DNA from: Chthoniobacteraceae bacterium
GTDB lineage: Bacteria > Verrucomicrobiota > Verrucomicrobiia > Chthoniobacterales > Chthoniobacteraceae
NCBI GenBank assembly: GCA_031409335.1
Contig: JANNWY010000057.1
Coordinates: 1-64,000, forward strand
Length of the DNA: 64,000 bases
Reading direction: 5' to 3'
A program made the translations under genes and the position numbers. The notes under the pieces were generated by a model. The model saw only the letters and a program-made list of their open reading frames with translations. It ran no database searches and was not told where the DNA came from. Shown piece by piece: positions 10,301 to 18,357 of this stretch; within the stretch, counting starts at the first letter, position 1, and every line of letters begins with the position of its first letter.

Positions 10301-11575
10301 CTCCCGCTGGTTGCGGAAGAAACGATCACCGTCGTCGCGCCGACCTTTGTGAATGTGGGTGCGTCCAGGACTTTTGTGGACGCCGATGGCGACCGCTACA
10401 CGATCCGCAAAACCGGCCCCGGCGCGGTGAAAGTCGCGCTGCTCGATCCCGACGGCGACGGGCGCGGCGCGATTGATTTCCTCCATGTCGATGGCTCGAC
10501 CGCGGCCACTGCGGTGAGCGTCACCGTGGTAAAAGGCGCGGGCGGAAATGGGCGCGTGGACATCGGCGACGTGACGATCAATGGCGCGCTGAAATCGTTC
10601 GTCGCGCGGCAGAGCGAACTCGTCGTCAACGGCTTCACCGCCACGCGCGCAGTCGGCGCGATCGCGCTCGGCTCGGTGCTCCAGCCGGACGCGCTGCTCG
10701 CCGATCCGACGATCAAAGTCGGCGGCGCGGCATCCTCGGCGCTGAGCGTGAGCGCGGTGATCGTCGCGGATGATTTCAAACTGCAAACGCCCGGCCGGCT
10801 CGCCTCGTTCGTCGCGCGTTCGATCGGCGATGGATTCATTTCCGCGCGGAGCATCGGCGCGATTCAGACGAATGCAGGCGACCTCGCAGCGGACATCACC
10901 TCGCTGATCGGCATCGGAAGACTCACGGTGAAAGGCGGCGACCTGAGCGGCGAAATCACCGCGCGCAGCATCGGCGCGGTGAGCGTGACGGGCGGCGATT
11001 TCAGCGGCGAAATCACATCACTCACGAGCGCGACTTCACTCGGCATCACTCCCGCGATCGCCTCGCTGGCGATCTCCGGCGGCGACTTCACCGGCGACCT
11101 CCGCGTGCTCGGCAGCACTGGCGCGATCACCGTCAGCGCGCTGCGCGGCATCGGTGGAAACATGACCGGCGGCACGATCAACGCCGCGCGCATCGCCTCG
11201 CTCATCGTCGGGAAAAACGTCGCCTCTTCCACCATCCTCGCCGGAGCCGACCTCGGCGCGGACCACGCGCTCGGCGGGATCGGCTTGGACGTGGACACCT
11301 TCGGACGCGGCGCGATCGGCCCGATCGCGATCGTGGGTTCCGTGACATCGAGCGTGATTGGCGCAGGCCTGAATCCGACCAACGGAATCTTCCACGACAG
11401 CCCGACGAACAACGACACGATCGTCGCCGGCATCGCCAGCCGCATCGCCTCGCTAACGATCCGCGGCACCGCCAGCGCGGACAGCTACTTCGCCGCCGGG
11501 AGATTCACCGCCCCCGTGAAGGTCGCCGGTTTGCGAGTCATCCCCGCGAGCGATGCGCGGTTTTTCGTCGGTTGA
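1322..11575 (+). CDS. Giant (3417 aa) surface protein: LEPRxLL-like N-terminal motif, ~191-aa tandem repeats, CARDB-like domain, YD/RHS repeats and core, further C-terminal domains
   Basis: N-terminal LIEPLEARIAPA; Gly/Asn/Thr-rich repeats; WTDTVYLSLDGTLD (CARDB-like); many YD repeats at ~6750-8450; RHS core YMRARTYDAGLGRFTTRDP...NLYRFVHNDPINASDPTGL; then DPNNIVGPAG, YRIEFEN and FVDADGD modules. Confidence 0.9.
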   Translation: MKLFSRPLPSPKRNRPLIEPLEARIAPAANAWIGVASGNWNTASNWSDGVPTADDVVTINPAGTLTITIDAGVQAVASLSMPGDDALSITGGSLAVTAASVIHNLALGGSGSLFASAAVSLTGVGSFSGAAILGGSSVVTNNGTLGITSGEPDLATELVNANGATIQHGNAFLDLNGAAAKVRVAPGGLYETVNTGNGFSFRASGSPQGVFVEAGAIFRHNTPNGAVFNIGAGVPFDVNGGTVQNTGVTGTALNLNGISTFTNATLAPSLNTTINFSGNSNTVVGTITGSGAGLVNLAAGQLHATAAGATLNFPAGLFNWSGSGSLSGPGVFTNTGTIQMTGGEPDLATELLNLGTIQHGNAFLDLDGAAAKLRLVPGGLYESVNTGNGFGFRALNGTQGVFIEAGGMFRHNTPNAAVFNIGAGVPFNVNAGTVQNTGFSGAALNLDGIGTFTNASLVPSVGTTINFSGNSNTIIGTVSGSGAGVVNLASGQLHATAAGAALNFPAGLFNWSGSGSLSGPGVFTNTGTIQMTGGEPDLATELLNLGTIQHGNAFLDLDGAAAKLRLVSGGLYEAVNTSSSFGFRAFNGTPGVFVETGGVFRHNSSNGATFDVGANVPFDVNGGTLQNTGVAGTALNLNGIGTFTNATLVPSVGTTINFSGNNNTVIGTITGSGAGVVNLATGQLHATAAGATLNFPAGLFNLSGTGSLSGPGVFTNTGKIQVVSGEPDLATDLVNAGTIQHSSAFLDLVGAGKLRVIAGGLYEAVNTSSNFGFRAFGGTTGVFVEAGGVLRHNSPNGATFNVGADVPFTVNSGTLQNTGVAGTALILNGIGTFTNASFAPSLNTAINFSGDNNTIVGTLTGTGTGKVNLNTGQLHATTAGGTLNFPAGMFDLSGTGSLSGPGIFTNKGAIQITSGEPNLATELVNAGTIQHFSAFFDLDGAAAKVRVVSGGLYESVNTSSGFGFRATNGTPGVFVEAGATFRHNPSNGAHFSVGTGTPFSNLGTVTVANGALNFTTLPAQISGTAGAATLTGGAWEVASGGTLNLGITGLAANAATIIVRGTGSFTGLAALGANIGSLSLLEGADLTKTTALTSSGALTLSAGTVFTTPAFTQTQSGITTFELGGTAAAQIGRLVVTGAATLGGTAHFQIVNGFAPAAGQTLTPVTFGFETSNSTRITGLGLGLGRSTIFEVVNTGTALTLNSLVNAADLAAQSVTTPVNTNAGANIALSYTVQNVSANPTLGTAWTDTVYLSLDGTLDSSDIVLTRVAHSGAVAGGGSYTENLNVPLIGALPANYKIIVVADSQGRVPDPARANNFAASAGTFALDIPTLTPGVAFNGTIANNRDQYFQVTLPAGQSPTFTFTGAGAGAAELYESLNAVPTRATFFESAFVATSTVQRIVGDTTSAATYFILVHGRENAGAGQTFSLVANGAGFDLTGTSVAGGPAIGEVTTTLTGSQFTPATTFTLVSGGTTRAASATYFTDARTVSATFDLTGLALGSYDIVADNGAATDALPGAFTVNNGAAGKLFYTYSSPRYIRPPFGEATVLTISYENTGGTDIDAPLFTLLATNARLRLAGDSTFLQATYQTGGQPLAVYELLGVSDGLAGVLQPGEKGRIDVVFEPISSVTRAVSNFEVIAAREDGAPFSLAGLKTDLQPAGVSNDAWDAIFANLQSAAGTTVGSYKSMLADNANYLGQLGKVSPDTTRLLQFELTQAGDFGAIAAHYADGAFGRGSAGLFNTRILVESGGNLTLTDGTSSAFFLKQANGSFSTGRADGSVLTRAATGAVTILAADGSKTTFRASDGRIDFLEDSNGNRVTATYNAGGQLTKLTEALTGDATNFTYNAAGDVATRTDAVGRVATYTYDAGGQHLVRVTSPQGAIDYTYVTGQGAAREHALASVTGFDGVTTSYAYDALGRLVREQVGSGAGAIVENYAYDSAGKFTATDGAGKITTTFRTALGQVARAIDADGDVTSAAYDASGRLVSLTDPLGLKSKSIFGANGLLEGSIAADKTKTSLTFGDLRRVTSVTDAGGDVTQLGYDARGNLLSKILPDGSTDRLEYDTAGRVIAATDANGERTTFTYNAAGLLTTKQFASGENVTFTYDAHRNLLTATNDEGVTTFTYDAADRVTSAAYPNGKSVAITYDSAGRQATIADQSGYTVRYHYDALSRLDEVRDTGNALLVSYTYDVRGQLATETRANGSTTAYTYDGEGRAATITHRDAANAVTGFFNYTHDAVRHVKTVATEDGTTTYTYDVNGQLTRVELPGGRSIEYRYDEEGNRTAVVDSQNGTTNYTTNSGDQYTSAGAETLTYDGAGRLIASQTGGANTSLGYDAAGRLTSAISAGTVIDYVFDALGNRIAKIENGVRTDFAINPTGLGTLFGEYQGAATVANYAQGLGVAVRTAGGSTAFYQYDAIGNTSLVSGVNGAAVATYEYLPFGEISAQTGALAQPLTFGGRLGVLDDAGDTFYMRARTYDAGLGRFTTRDPIDLRGGDTNLYRFVHNDPINASDPTGLLPFGGALPPGLNLPARPVQAAVQTGLGLIRGQGAGSGTTGLVRTGLQSGLRASGAFAGTPAPIGPIAPPPAPVGPPPVPGAAASIGAIEALGPGLILFGTAALAIDGGETLFNGVFPNAGKLAEQDVVGRSVKSLSERSGASELFTDLVKVGLESGKSERDAILDAITFLRKNGIEDPLFNPNPNNPTPTSSEVVRPSDPNNIVGPAGAGADVVPDIIAPGQTRFDGFVSGGGNFPYRIEFENMPSATAPAQVVRVTQTLDPDLDLSTFAFTGFGFGANLVTANGTSFHTIFDATATLGVLVKIDADLNTLTGLLDVTYTSLDPATNDVPLDPFTGFLPPDDATGRGDGFLTYNVQPKAALANGTAFTGIASIVFDTEDAIATPTVTNTLDSVAPTATVGALPASTNRSTFVVRWTGADNVGGSGLAGITLSFTDNGGPRQTATVANADGGFRFPGEVGHTYAFFSQAVDNVGNTSALPLVAEETITVVAPTFVNVGASRTFVDADGDRYTIRKTGPGAVKVALLDPDGDGRGAIDFLHVDGSTAATAVSVTVVKGAGGNGRVDIGDVTINGALKSFVARQSELVVNGFTATRAVGAIALGSVLQPDALLADPTIKVGGAASSALSVSAVIVADDFKLQTPGRLASFVARSIGDGFISARSIGAIQTNAGDLAADITSLIGIGRLTVKGGDLSGEITARSIGAVSVTGGDFSGEITSLTSATSLGITPAIASLAISGGDFTGDLRVLGSTGAITVSALRGIGGNMTGGTINAARIASLIVGKNVASSTILAGADLGADHALGGIGLDVDTFGRGAIGPIAIVGSVTSSVIGAGLNPTNGIFHDSPTNNDTIVAGIASRIASLTIRGTASADSYFAAGRFTAPVKVAGLRVIPASDARFFVG
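1772..4340 (+). repeat. Intragenic tandem repeat, ~573-bp unit, 4 full copies and 1 partial
   Basis: The GEP[D/N]LAT anchor (gagccg) recurs at 1772, 2351, 2924, 3497 and 4067 (spacing 579, 573, 573, 570), with long near-identical nucleotide stretches. Confidence 0.95.
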
Positions 11576-11624
11576 AAAACGCGCCGGTATCCCGCGCACA
11601 CGAACTTTTTCAGCGAGTGATGCG

Positions 11625-11925
11625 CCGCCGCCGTGAGTTCGCCCGCGCGGTGCAGCCGCGCGAGGACGAAGCCCGTCAGCCCCGCCTCGTAGCAGACGCG
11701 CAGTTCCACGCCCGGATGCCGCAGGCTCTGAGCGGCGTCGATGGAAGCCTTCCTGAGTTTGGCAAAAACCTTCTCCGATTCGACCAGCTCATCGCCTACG
11801 GCAGCGCGTGCAGATCGTTGGGGATGGTGCCGGAAGTGCGCGCCTCGCCGCCCCCGCCTTCGGCGAGGGCAATGGCGATGCTTTTGGCGGGACATCGAGT
11901 CTGAGGAACAGTAATTTTTCTTCAT
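11625..11925 (-). pseudogene. IS110-family transposase/recombinase remnant (N-terminal DEDD domain, frameshifted, internally deleted, 3'-truncated)
   Basis: Reconstructed across frameshifts: MKK-KLLFLRLDV-AKSIAIALAEGGGGEARTSGTIPNDLHAL-EKVFAKLRKA-HPGVELRVCYEAGLTGFVLAR/LHRAGELTA. The xLDV, CYEAGxTG and LARLHRAGEL motifs are typical of IS110. Confidence 0.8.
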
Positions 11926-12046
11926 GGTGTGCTTGTTGCGTGCTGGCTTATTCATTGGTGACTCCGCTCCGGCGGTGCTCCCGCTCCGGCGACTCTGCCC
12001 GGTTCTGTCGGGCAATCCGCGACAACGCCACTCCTTCAAGCACACC
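11926..12046 (-). ncRNA. Putative structured non-coding end of IS110 (bridge-RNA-like)
   Basis: Directly upstream of the IS110 start codon. Closed by a 10-bp inverted repeat (ggtgtgcttg 11926-11935 / caagcacacc 12037-12046) with an internal hairpin tgcccg...cgggca (11996-12014). Confidence 0.45.
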
Positions 12047-12135
12047 TCTTCCCTTTCCAGAATATGCTGCGCTCCAAGTAGCGGCAGCCATTAAGTCTAA
12101 GCGACTCCGCACATCTCATCCGAAAACGAACCAAT

Positions 12136-12534
12136 ATGAAAATGCTCCCAATTCTCAGCCTCCTGTTTCTGACTCCAGCATTCGGCCTCGATACTGATAA
12201 GACGCTTCCTCTGGGTCGCGCAATCACTTCGGCCAACTGGTCATGGGAGAATACCGATGGCGGGAAGAAAAGCATCGAGGAGATTCAATTCTATCGCGGT
12301 GGATTCGCACAGAACCGCAAGTTCTTCACCGCGCGCTGGGAGCTTACTGGGCCGCGCACGCTGTCGCTTCACAACACAAACTATGGAACCGACAAGGCTG
12401 GAACGGTTGCGTATCTCGTGTTCGACGTTGAATTCACTCACTTCGTCGGCATCGACTTCAACGGCAAGACTGTCGTTGAGGGTTTTCGCCGCGAGGCTCT
12501 CGATCCCGAGCGTGCCGCTCCAGAGGCCAAATGA
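12136..12534 (+). CDS. Hypothetical secreted protein (132 aa)
   Basis: Signal peptide MKMLPILSLLFLTPAFG; visibly lower GC than flanks; no family recognised. Confidence 0.7.
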   Translation: MKMLPILSLLFLTPAFGLDTDKTLPLGRAITSANWSWENTDGGKKSIEEIQFYRGGFAQNRKFFTARWELTGPRTLSLHNTNYGTDKAGTVAYLVFDVEFTHFVGIDFNGKTVVEGFRREALDPERAAPEAK

Positions 12535-12638
12535 CGAATCGACCGTCTCCTAACCCGTATGAACGGTCTTTCTCAACGGACAAGTGGTATGAGCCAGGGA
12601 AGCGGGCGCGGTGACTATGCTCCCGCCGCTGGCCTGGA

Positions 12639-12835
12639 TCAGCGCACGCCGAGCAGGTGCTTCAGGATGAAGAGTTCGAGACCTTCGTAGTCGCGGGCGG
12701 CGATGAAATTTTGCTCCGCGGCGCGGTCGAATGTCCGCACTTTCGCCACGAGATGCTGAAAGATTTCGCGGCTGCCGGTGCGGCGAGCGCTGCCGGGTGA
12801 ATCCTTCTGCGTGCGCATGGCTTTCACGTCGAAGC
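12639..12835 (-). pseudogene. 3' fragment of a gene, possibly xylose-isomerase-like TIM barrel
   Basis: GFDVKAMRTQ...SREIFQHLVAKVRTFDRAAEQNFIAARDYEGLELFILKHLLGVR* reads as a real C-terminus and from memory resembles xylose-isomerase-like proteins. No intact 5' part. Confidence 0.4.
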
Positions 12836-13019
12836 CGTCAGTCGCGGACGGTGTCGGCGAAAGGTTCCAGCACGATTTTACGCGGGCCACTTTCCACGAT
12901 GAAAGTGGCGCTGGCGGTGAGCGCCGATTCGCTCCGCACGGTGCGAATGGCGTGGTGCGAAAGAGTTTCCGCACGCCAACAACAATCCCGCCGCGCTGGT
13001 GGCGATCGGAAAACGGCCA

Positions 13020-13078
13020 AGCCCTTGAATGGGCGTGACCATCTTTACGCAGCGCCCTTGTCGCGCCCATTCAGGGCT
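13020..13078. repeat. REP-like palindromic doublet
   Basis: agcccttgaatgggcg (13020-13035) and cgcccattcagggct (13064-13078) are near-perfect inverted copies in an intergenic region. Confidence 0.65.
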
Positions 13079-13341
13079 CGCCTCTTCGATTTCCGAAACC
13101 CTGAGCGTTGCCCGAAGCTGACATGCCTCAGCCCTGCGGGCTCGCTGAAATGGCATTCTGCAAACACGCCAAAAGCTCTGCCCCGGAAAACCAAGAATTA
13201 TGACGACGGGCAGTATTTCCCGGGCCCGTTCGTCGCAGGGCGCGTGGGAAAAAATTAGTCCACCCTCGGAAAAAAATACGTTCCCGACAATAATCCCCCG
13301 CACGGGCTGATTCCCTCTTTTTTGAAAACCGAATCAGCACC

Positions 13342-14667
13342 ATGAAATCGCGCATCATCCGATCCATCTCCGCAAGTCTCTCGCTGCTCGCCCTCGTCGC
13401 CGCGGGCGGCGCGCAGACCATCGTCGGCCACATGCCGGCGATGGAGGCGCCGCACGAGGGGACGTGGCTGCAATGGCCCCATCATTTCACTTACGGCACG
13501 ACGTATCGGAACCGGCTCGATGCGACTTGGGTGGCAATGACGCGGGCGCTGGTGGCGGGGGAAAAGGTCCACATCATCGCCTACAACGCGACGGAGCAGA
13601 CCCGCATCACGAGCCTGCTCACGGCGGGCGCGGTGCCGCTGGCGAAAGTGAATTTTCTCATCCGCCAGACCGACGACACTTGGGTGCGCGACAACGGCCC
13701 GGTGTTTGTTTTCGACAACAACACGGATTTGAAAATCACGGACTGGGGCTTCGATGGCTGGGGCGATGACACGCCTTTTGCGAAGGACAATCCGGTGCCG
13801 ATCACCGTGGCGACTTCGCTCGGGCTGCCGCGCGTGGACTTGAACGCGACGGTGCTCGAAGGCGGCTCCATCGAGGTGGACGGGCACGGCGTGCTCATGG
13901 CCACGCGCAGTTCCATCTTGGAGCCGAATCGCAATCCAGGCCTCACGCAAGCGCAGCTCGAAGCCGTGCTCACGGCCAATCTCGGCGTGACGAAATTCAT
14001 CTGGCTCGATGGAGCGCCCGGCGGCACGGAGGACATCACCGACATGCACATTGACGGCTTCGCGATGTTCGGCCCGAACCGCACCATCGTCACGATGAGC
14101 AACGCAGACCTCGCGTATTGGGGCCTCCCGGCGGCGGACATCGCCACGCTCAACGCCGCCACCGACATTGCCAACGTGCCGTATTCCTTCGTGCGCCTGC
14201 CGCTCACCGCGAACAACGTGGTGACGACCTACGGCACGAACCTCGGCTACAAAGGCAGCTACGTGAATTACTACGTCGGCAACGCGGTCGTGCTCGTGCC
14301 AACTTACAACGACCCGAACGACGCGACGGCGATGAGCCTCCTCCAGACGCTCTACCCGAGCCGCACCGTGGTCAGCATTGATGTGCGAAATCTCTATGCA
14401 AACGGCGGCATGGTCCACTGCGTCACCCAGCAGCAGCCGGAAAAATACACCGGCCCGCGCATCAGCATCGCGCCGCTGCCGAGCGCGAAAGTGGAGATCA
14501 CATTCACGGGAAAGATCGGTGTCACCAGCCGCCTGCAAGCCGCCACGGATTTGGCAGCGCGAGACTGGGCCGATGTATCGACTTTTACCCCAACGCAGCC
14601 GACGAACTGGTTTTCATTTTCCACGACGGGTTTGAATCGGCGCTTTTTCCGCGTCATCACGCCGTGA
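13342..14667 (+). CDS. Secreted agmatine deiminase / peptidylarginine deiminase family protein with a C-terminal putative sorting domain
   Basis: Signal peptide; MPAMEAPHEGTWLQWP, DDTWVRDNGP, EGGSIEVDG, DMHIDG, SYVNYY, GGMVHCVTQQ; ~70-aa tail ending RRFFRVITP. Confidence 0.9.
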   Translation: MKSRIIRSISASLSLLALVAAGGAQTIVGHMPAMEAPHEGTWLQWPHHFTYGTTYRNRLDATWVAMTRALVAGEKVHIIAYNATEQTRITSLLTAGAVPLAKVNFLIRQTDDTWVRDNGPVFVFDNNTDLKITDWGFDGWGDDTPFAKDNPVPITVATSLGLPRVDLNATVLEGGSIEVDGHGVLMATRSSILEPNRNPGLTQAQLEAVLTANLGVTKFIWLDGAPGGTEDITDMHIDGFAMFGPNRTIVTMSNADLAYWGLPAADIATLNAATDIANVPYSFVRLPLTANNVVTTYGTNLGYKGSYVNYYVGNAVVLVPTYNDPNDATAMSLLQTLYPSRTVVSIDVRNLYANGGMVHCVTQQQPEKYTGPRISIAPLPSAKVEITFTGKIGVTSRLQAATDLAARDWADVSTFTPTQPTNWFSFSTTGLNRRFFRVITP

Positions 14668-14671
14668 ACCC

Positions 14672-14698
14672 GGAAACAAGCCGTGTGAGTTGCTCGTT
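14672..14698 (+). promoter_or_regulatory. Putative ECF sigma-factor promoter GGAAAC-N17-CGTT
   Basis: ggaaac at 14672-14677, 17-nt spacer, cgtt at 14695-14698, 40 nt upstream of ATG 14738. Confidence 0.5.
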
Positions 14699-14737
14699 CG
14701 CCGGGCAGGATGATGCAACTTGACCGACTCCTTCTCC

Positions 14738-15946
14738 ATGAAACGCCGCGAATTTCTCCAACGCTCCTCGCTCTCTGCCATCCTCGCCGGGACCGGCGGC
14801 GCGGCGTCCGCACTGGCAGCGGAACCGCCCGTGACCAGCGCGTTTGCTTTTGCGTCGCCGCCCGTGCTGCAAAATCCCGCGCCGGATGGCATGACCGTGG
14901 TGTGGGCTGTGAATGGGCTTGCCACCGGTTGGGTGGAATACGGCGAGACCGAAGCCCTCGGCCAGCGCAGCGATGGCGGCGTGCAGGGATTGATGCTGCT
15001 GGATGATCGGGTTTTGAAAATCCGGCTCACCGGGCTGCGACCGGGCACGAAGTATTTCTACCGCGCGCATGCGTGTCCCATCGCTTTCAAGAATGCGTAC
15101 AGCATCCGGCGCGGAGAGCCGATCGCCACGCCCGTCAGCCAGTTCACGACGATCGATCCCGCGGCGCGCACGACGAGTTTTTCCATCATCAATGACACTC
15201 ATGAAGTGCCGGAAACACTCCAGCGCCTGGGTGCCCTGCTGCGGGCCAACCCCGCGGAATCGCTGTTCTGGAATGGCGACATTTTCAACGACATCCGCTC
15301 CGAGCAGCAGATCGCGGAGCAGGTGCTCGCACCCGGCGGACAGGCGTTTGCCAGCGCGATGCCGCTGCTTCCGGTGCGTGGCAATCACGACGTGCGCGGC
15401 GCGCAGGCGCGGCTGCTCGACCGCTATTTCGATCTGCCGTCGGGCCTCTGGTATTACACGCTGCGTCAGGGGCCGGTGGCCTTTGTCGTGCTCGACACGG
15501 GCGAGGACAAGCCCGACGACGCTCCCGTCTATGCTGGCCTGAACGACTTCGCGCGCTACCGCACGGCGCAGCAGCAATGGCTGCGGCAGGCGATCCTGCG
15601 CCCCGAGTTTCGCACCGCGCCCTACCGGGTCGCCCTGATGCACATTCCGCTGCTCTGGAAGGACTATGCACAGACCGGCTGGTTCTGCGACGACGGCAAG
15701 GCGAAGTGGCACGAACTGCTCGTCCAGGCCAAGATCGACCTCATCATCAGCGGGCACACCCACGAAGTCGGATGGCTCCCGGCGGGCGGCGAAACGCCCT
15801 ACGCGCAACTCGTCGGCGGCGGTCCGAAGCCCGGGGCGGCCACGCTCATCCAAGGCCACGCCGATGAGCGCGAAATGCGCATCACCATGCAAAACCTCGA
15901 AGGGAAGGCGCTCGAGAGTCACAGCTTTTCTCCACACCGGGGGTAA
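14738..15946 (+). CDS. Tat-exported metallophosphoesterase (purple acid phosphatase-like, N-terminal FN3-like domain)
   Basis: MKRREFLQ Tat motif; NDTHE, NGDIF, RGNHD, HIP and SGHTH calcineurin-like motifs. Confidence 0.88.
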   Translation: MKRREFLQRSSLSAILAGTGGAASALAAEPPVTSAFAFASPPVLQNPAPDGMTVVWAVNGLATGWVEYGETEALGQRSDGGVQGLMLLDDRVLKIRLTGLRPGTKYFYRAHACPIAFKNAYSIRRGEPIATPVSQFTTIDPAARTTSFSIINDTHEVPETLQRLGALLRANPAESLFWNGDIFNDIRSEQQIAEQVLAPGGQAFASAMPLLPVRGNHDVRGAQARLLDRYFDLPSGLWYYTLRQGPVAFVVLDTGEDKPDDAPVYAGLNDFARYRTAQQQWLRQAILRPEFRTAPYRVALMHIPLLWKDYAQTGWFCDDGKAKWHELLVQAKIDLIISGHTHEVGWLPAGGETPYAQLVGGGPKPGAATLIQGHADEREMRITMQNLEGKALESHSFSPHRG

Positions 15947-15958
15947 CGCCATTTCCTC

Positions 15959-17344
<1,386 letters not shown>

Positions 17345-17374
17345 CCGAATCCAACCGTGAATCTGAGATGAGCT

Positions 17375-17908
17375 GTGAACGATGAACCCGACGAACAACT
17401 CATCCACGCCGCCCAGCGCGGCGAACGCGACGCCATGACCGCACTGCTCACGCCGTGGAACGACCGCATCTTTGGCTTCCTGCTGCACGCGCTGCGGCAC
17501 CACGCGGATGCGGAGGATGCGGCGCAGGAGACGTTCATCCGCATCGTGCGTGGTTTGGGAAAATATGAGCATCGCGGGCAGTTCCGGGCGTGGATTTTTC
17601 AGATCGCGCGCAATCAAGCCGCGCTCACCGCGCAGCGCCGCCAGCGCATCGGCGACCGCGAGACGGCCATCGAGCCGATGCTGCTGGAGACGATGCCGAT
17701 GGCGGCGGATGAAGCGCCAGACTACGCGCCCGTCCGCGCGGCGCTGGAGCAATTGCCGGAGGCCGAGCGCGAGGTTGTGCGGCTGCGACTCGATGAAGAT
17801 TTGAAGTTCCGCGAAATCGCCAAGCGCACCGGCGCTCCGCTGAACACCGTGCTCGGGCGGATGCGAAATGCCACGCGCCGCCTGCGCGAAATTCTCACTC
17901 AGCCATGA
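17375..17908 (+). CDS. ECF (sigma-70 group 4) RNA polymerase sigma factor
   Basis: [38 protein letters not shown]...PLNTVLGRM. Confidence 0.92.
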   Translation: MNDEPDEQLIHAAQRGERDAMTALLTPWNDRIFGFLLHALRHHADAEDAAQETFIRIVRGLGKYEHRGQFRAWIFQIARNQAALTAQRRQRIGDRETAIEPMLLETMPMAADEAPDYAPVRAALEQLPEAEREVVRLRLDEDLKFREIAKRTGAPLNTVLGRMRNATRRLREILTQP

Positions 17909-18357
17909 ACGACATCGAACGGGAGAACATCGAAAACCAAATCCTGCTGCGCTCCACGGGTGAGCTGTCGCCGGGAGAAAATACCGCGCTGGAAAAATCG
18001 CTCGCGGACAACGCGGCGGCGGCGGCCTTCGCGCGCTTCGTCGCGGAGAAATTGCCCGCCAGTGCGCCGCGCGACTTCGCCGCCGCCGCCATCCGCGACA
18101 CCTCGCCAGTCGGCCACGTCATCGCTTTTCCCCGGCTCTGGAAACTCGCCGTCGCTGCCGCCGTGGTCGTGGCCTCGCTCGTGGCCGTCCGCGTTTTCAC
18201 GCCCGACACGCCTCCACTTCCCGTCGCCGCCGCGCACCACCACGCCCGCGTGACGGCGGACATTTCCGCGCGCATGGACGCGCTGGAATCCGAACTCGCC
18301 GCCGCCCGCCAGCGCCTCGCGCACGGGCGCTATCACCGCACTCACGACACTCTATGA
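17905..18357 (+). CDS. Putative membrane anti-sigma factor
   Basis: ATGA-coupled to the ECF gene; one hydrophobic segment ([15 protein letters not shown]). Confidence 0.7.
   Translation: MNDIERENIENQILLRSTGELSPGENTALEKSLADNAAAAAFARFVAEKLPASAPRDFAAAAIRDTSPVGHVIAFPRLWKLAVAAAVVVASLVAVRVFTPDTPPLPVAAAHHHARVTADISARMDALESELAAARQRLAHGRYHRTHDTL

Noticed and set aside
12535..12640. Integron attC site after the 132-aa gene (cctaac)
   Set aside because: No matching GTTRRRY end or paired L boxes found, and no integrase.
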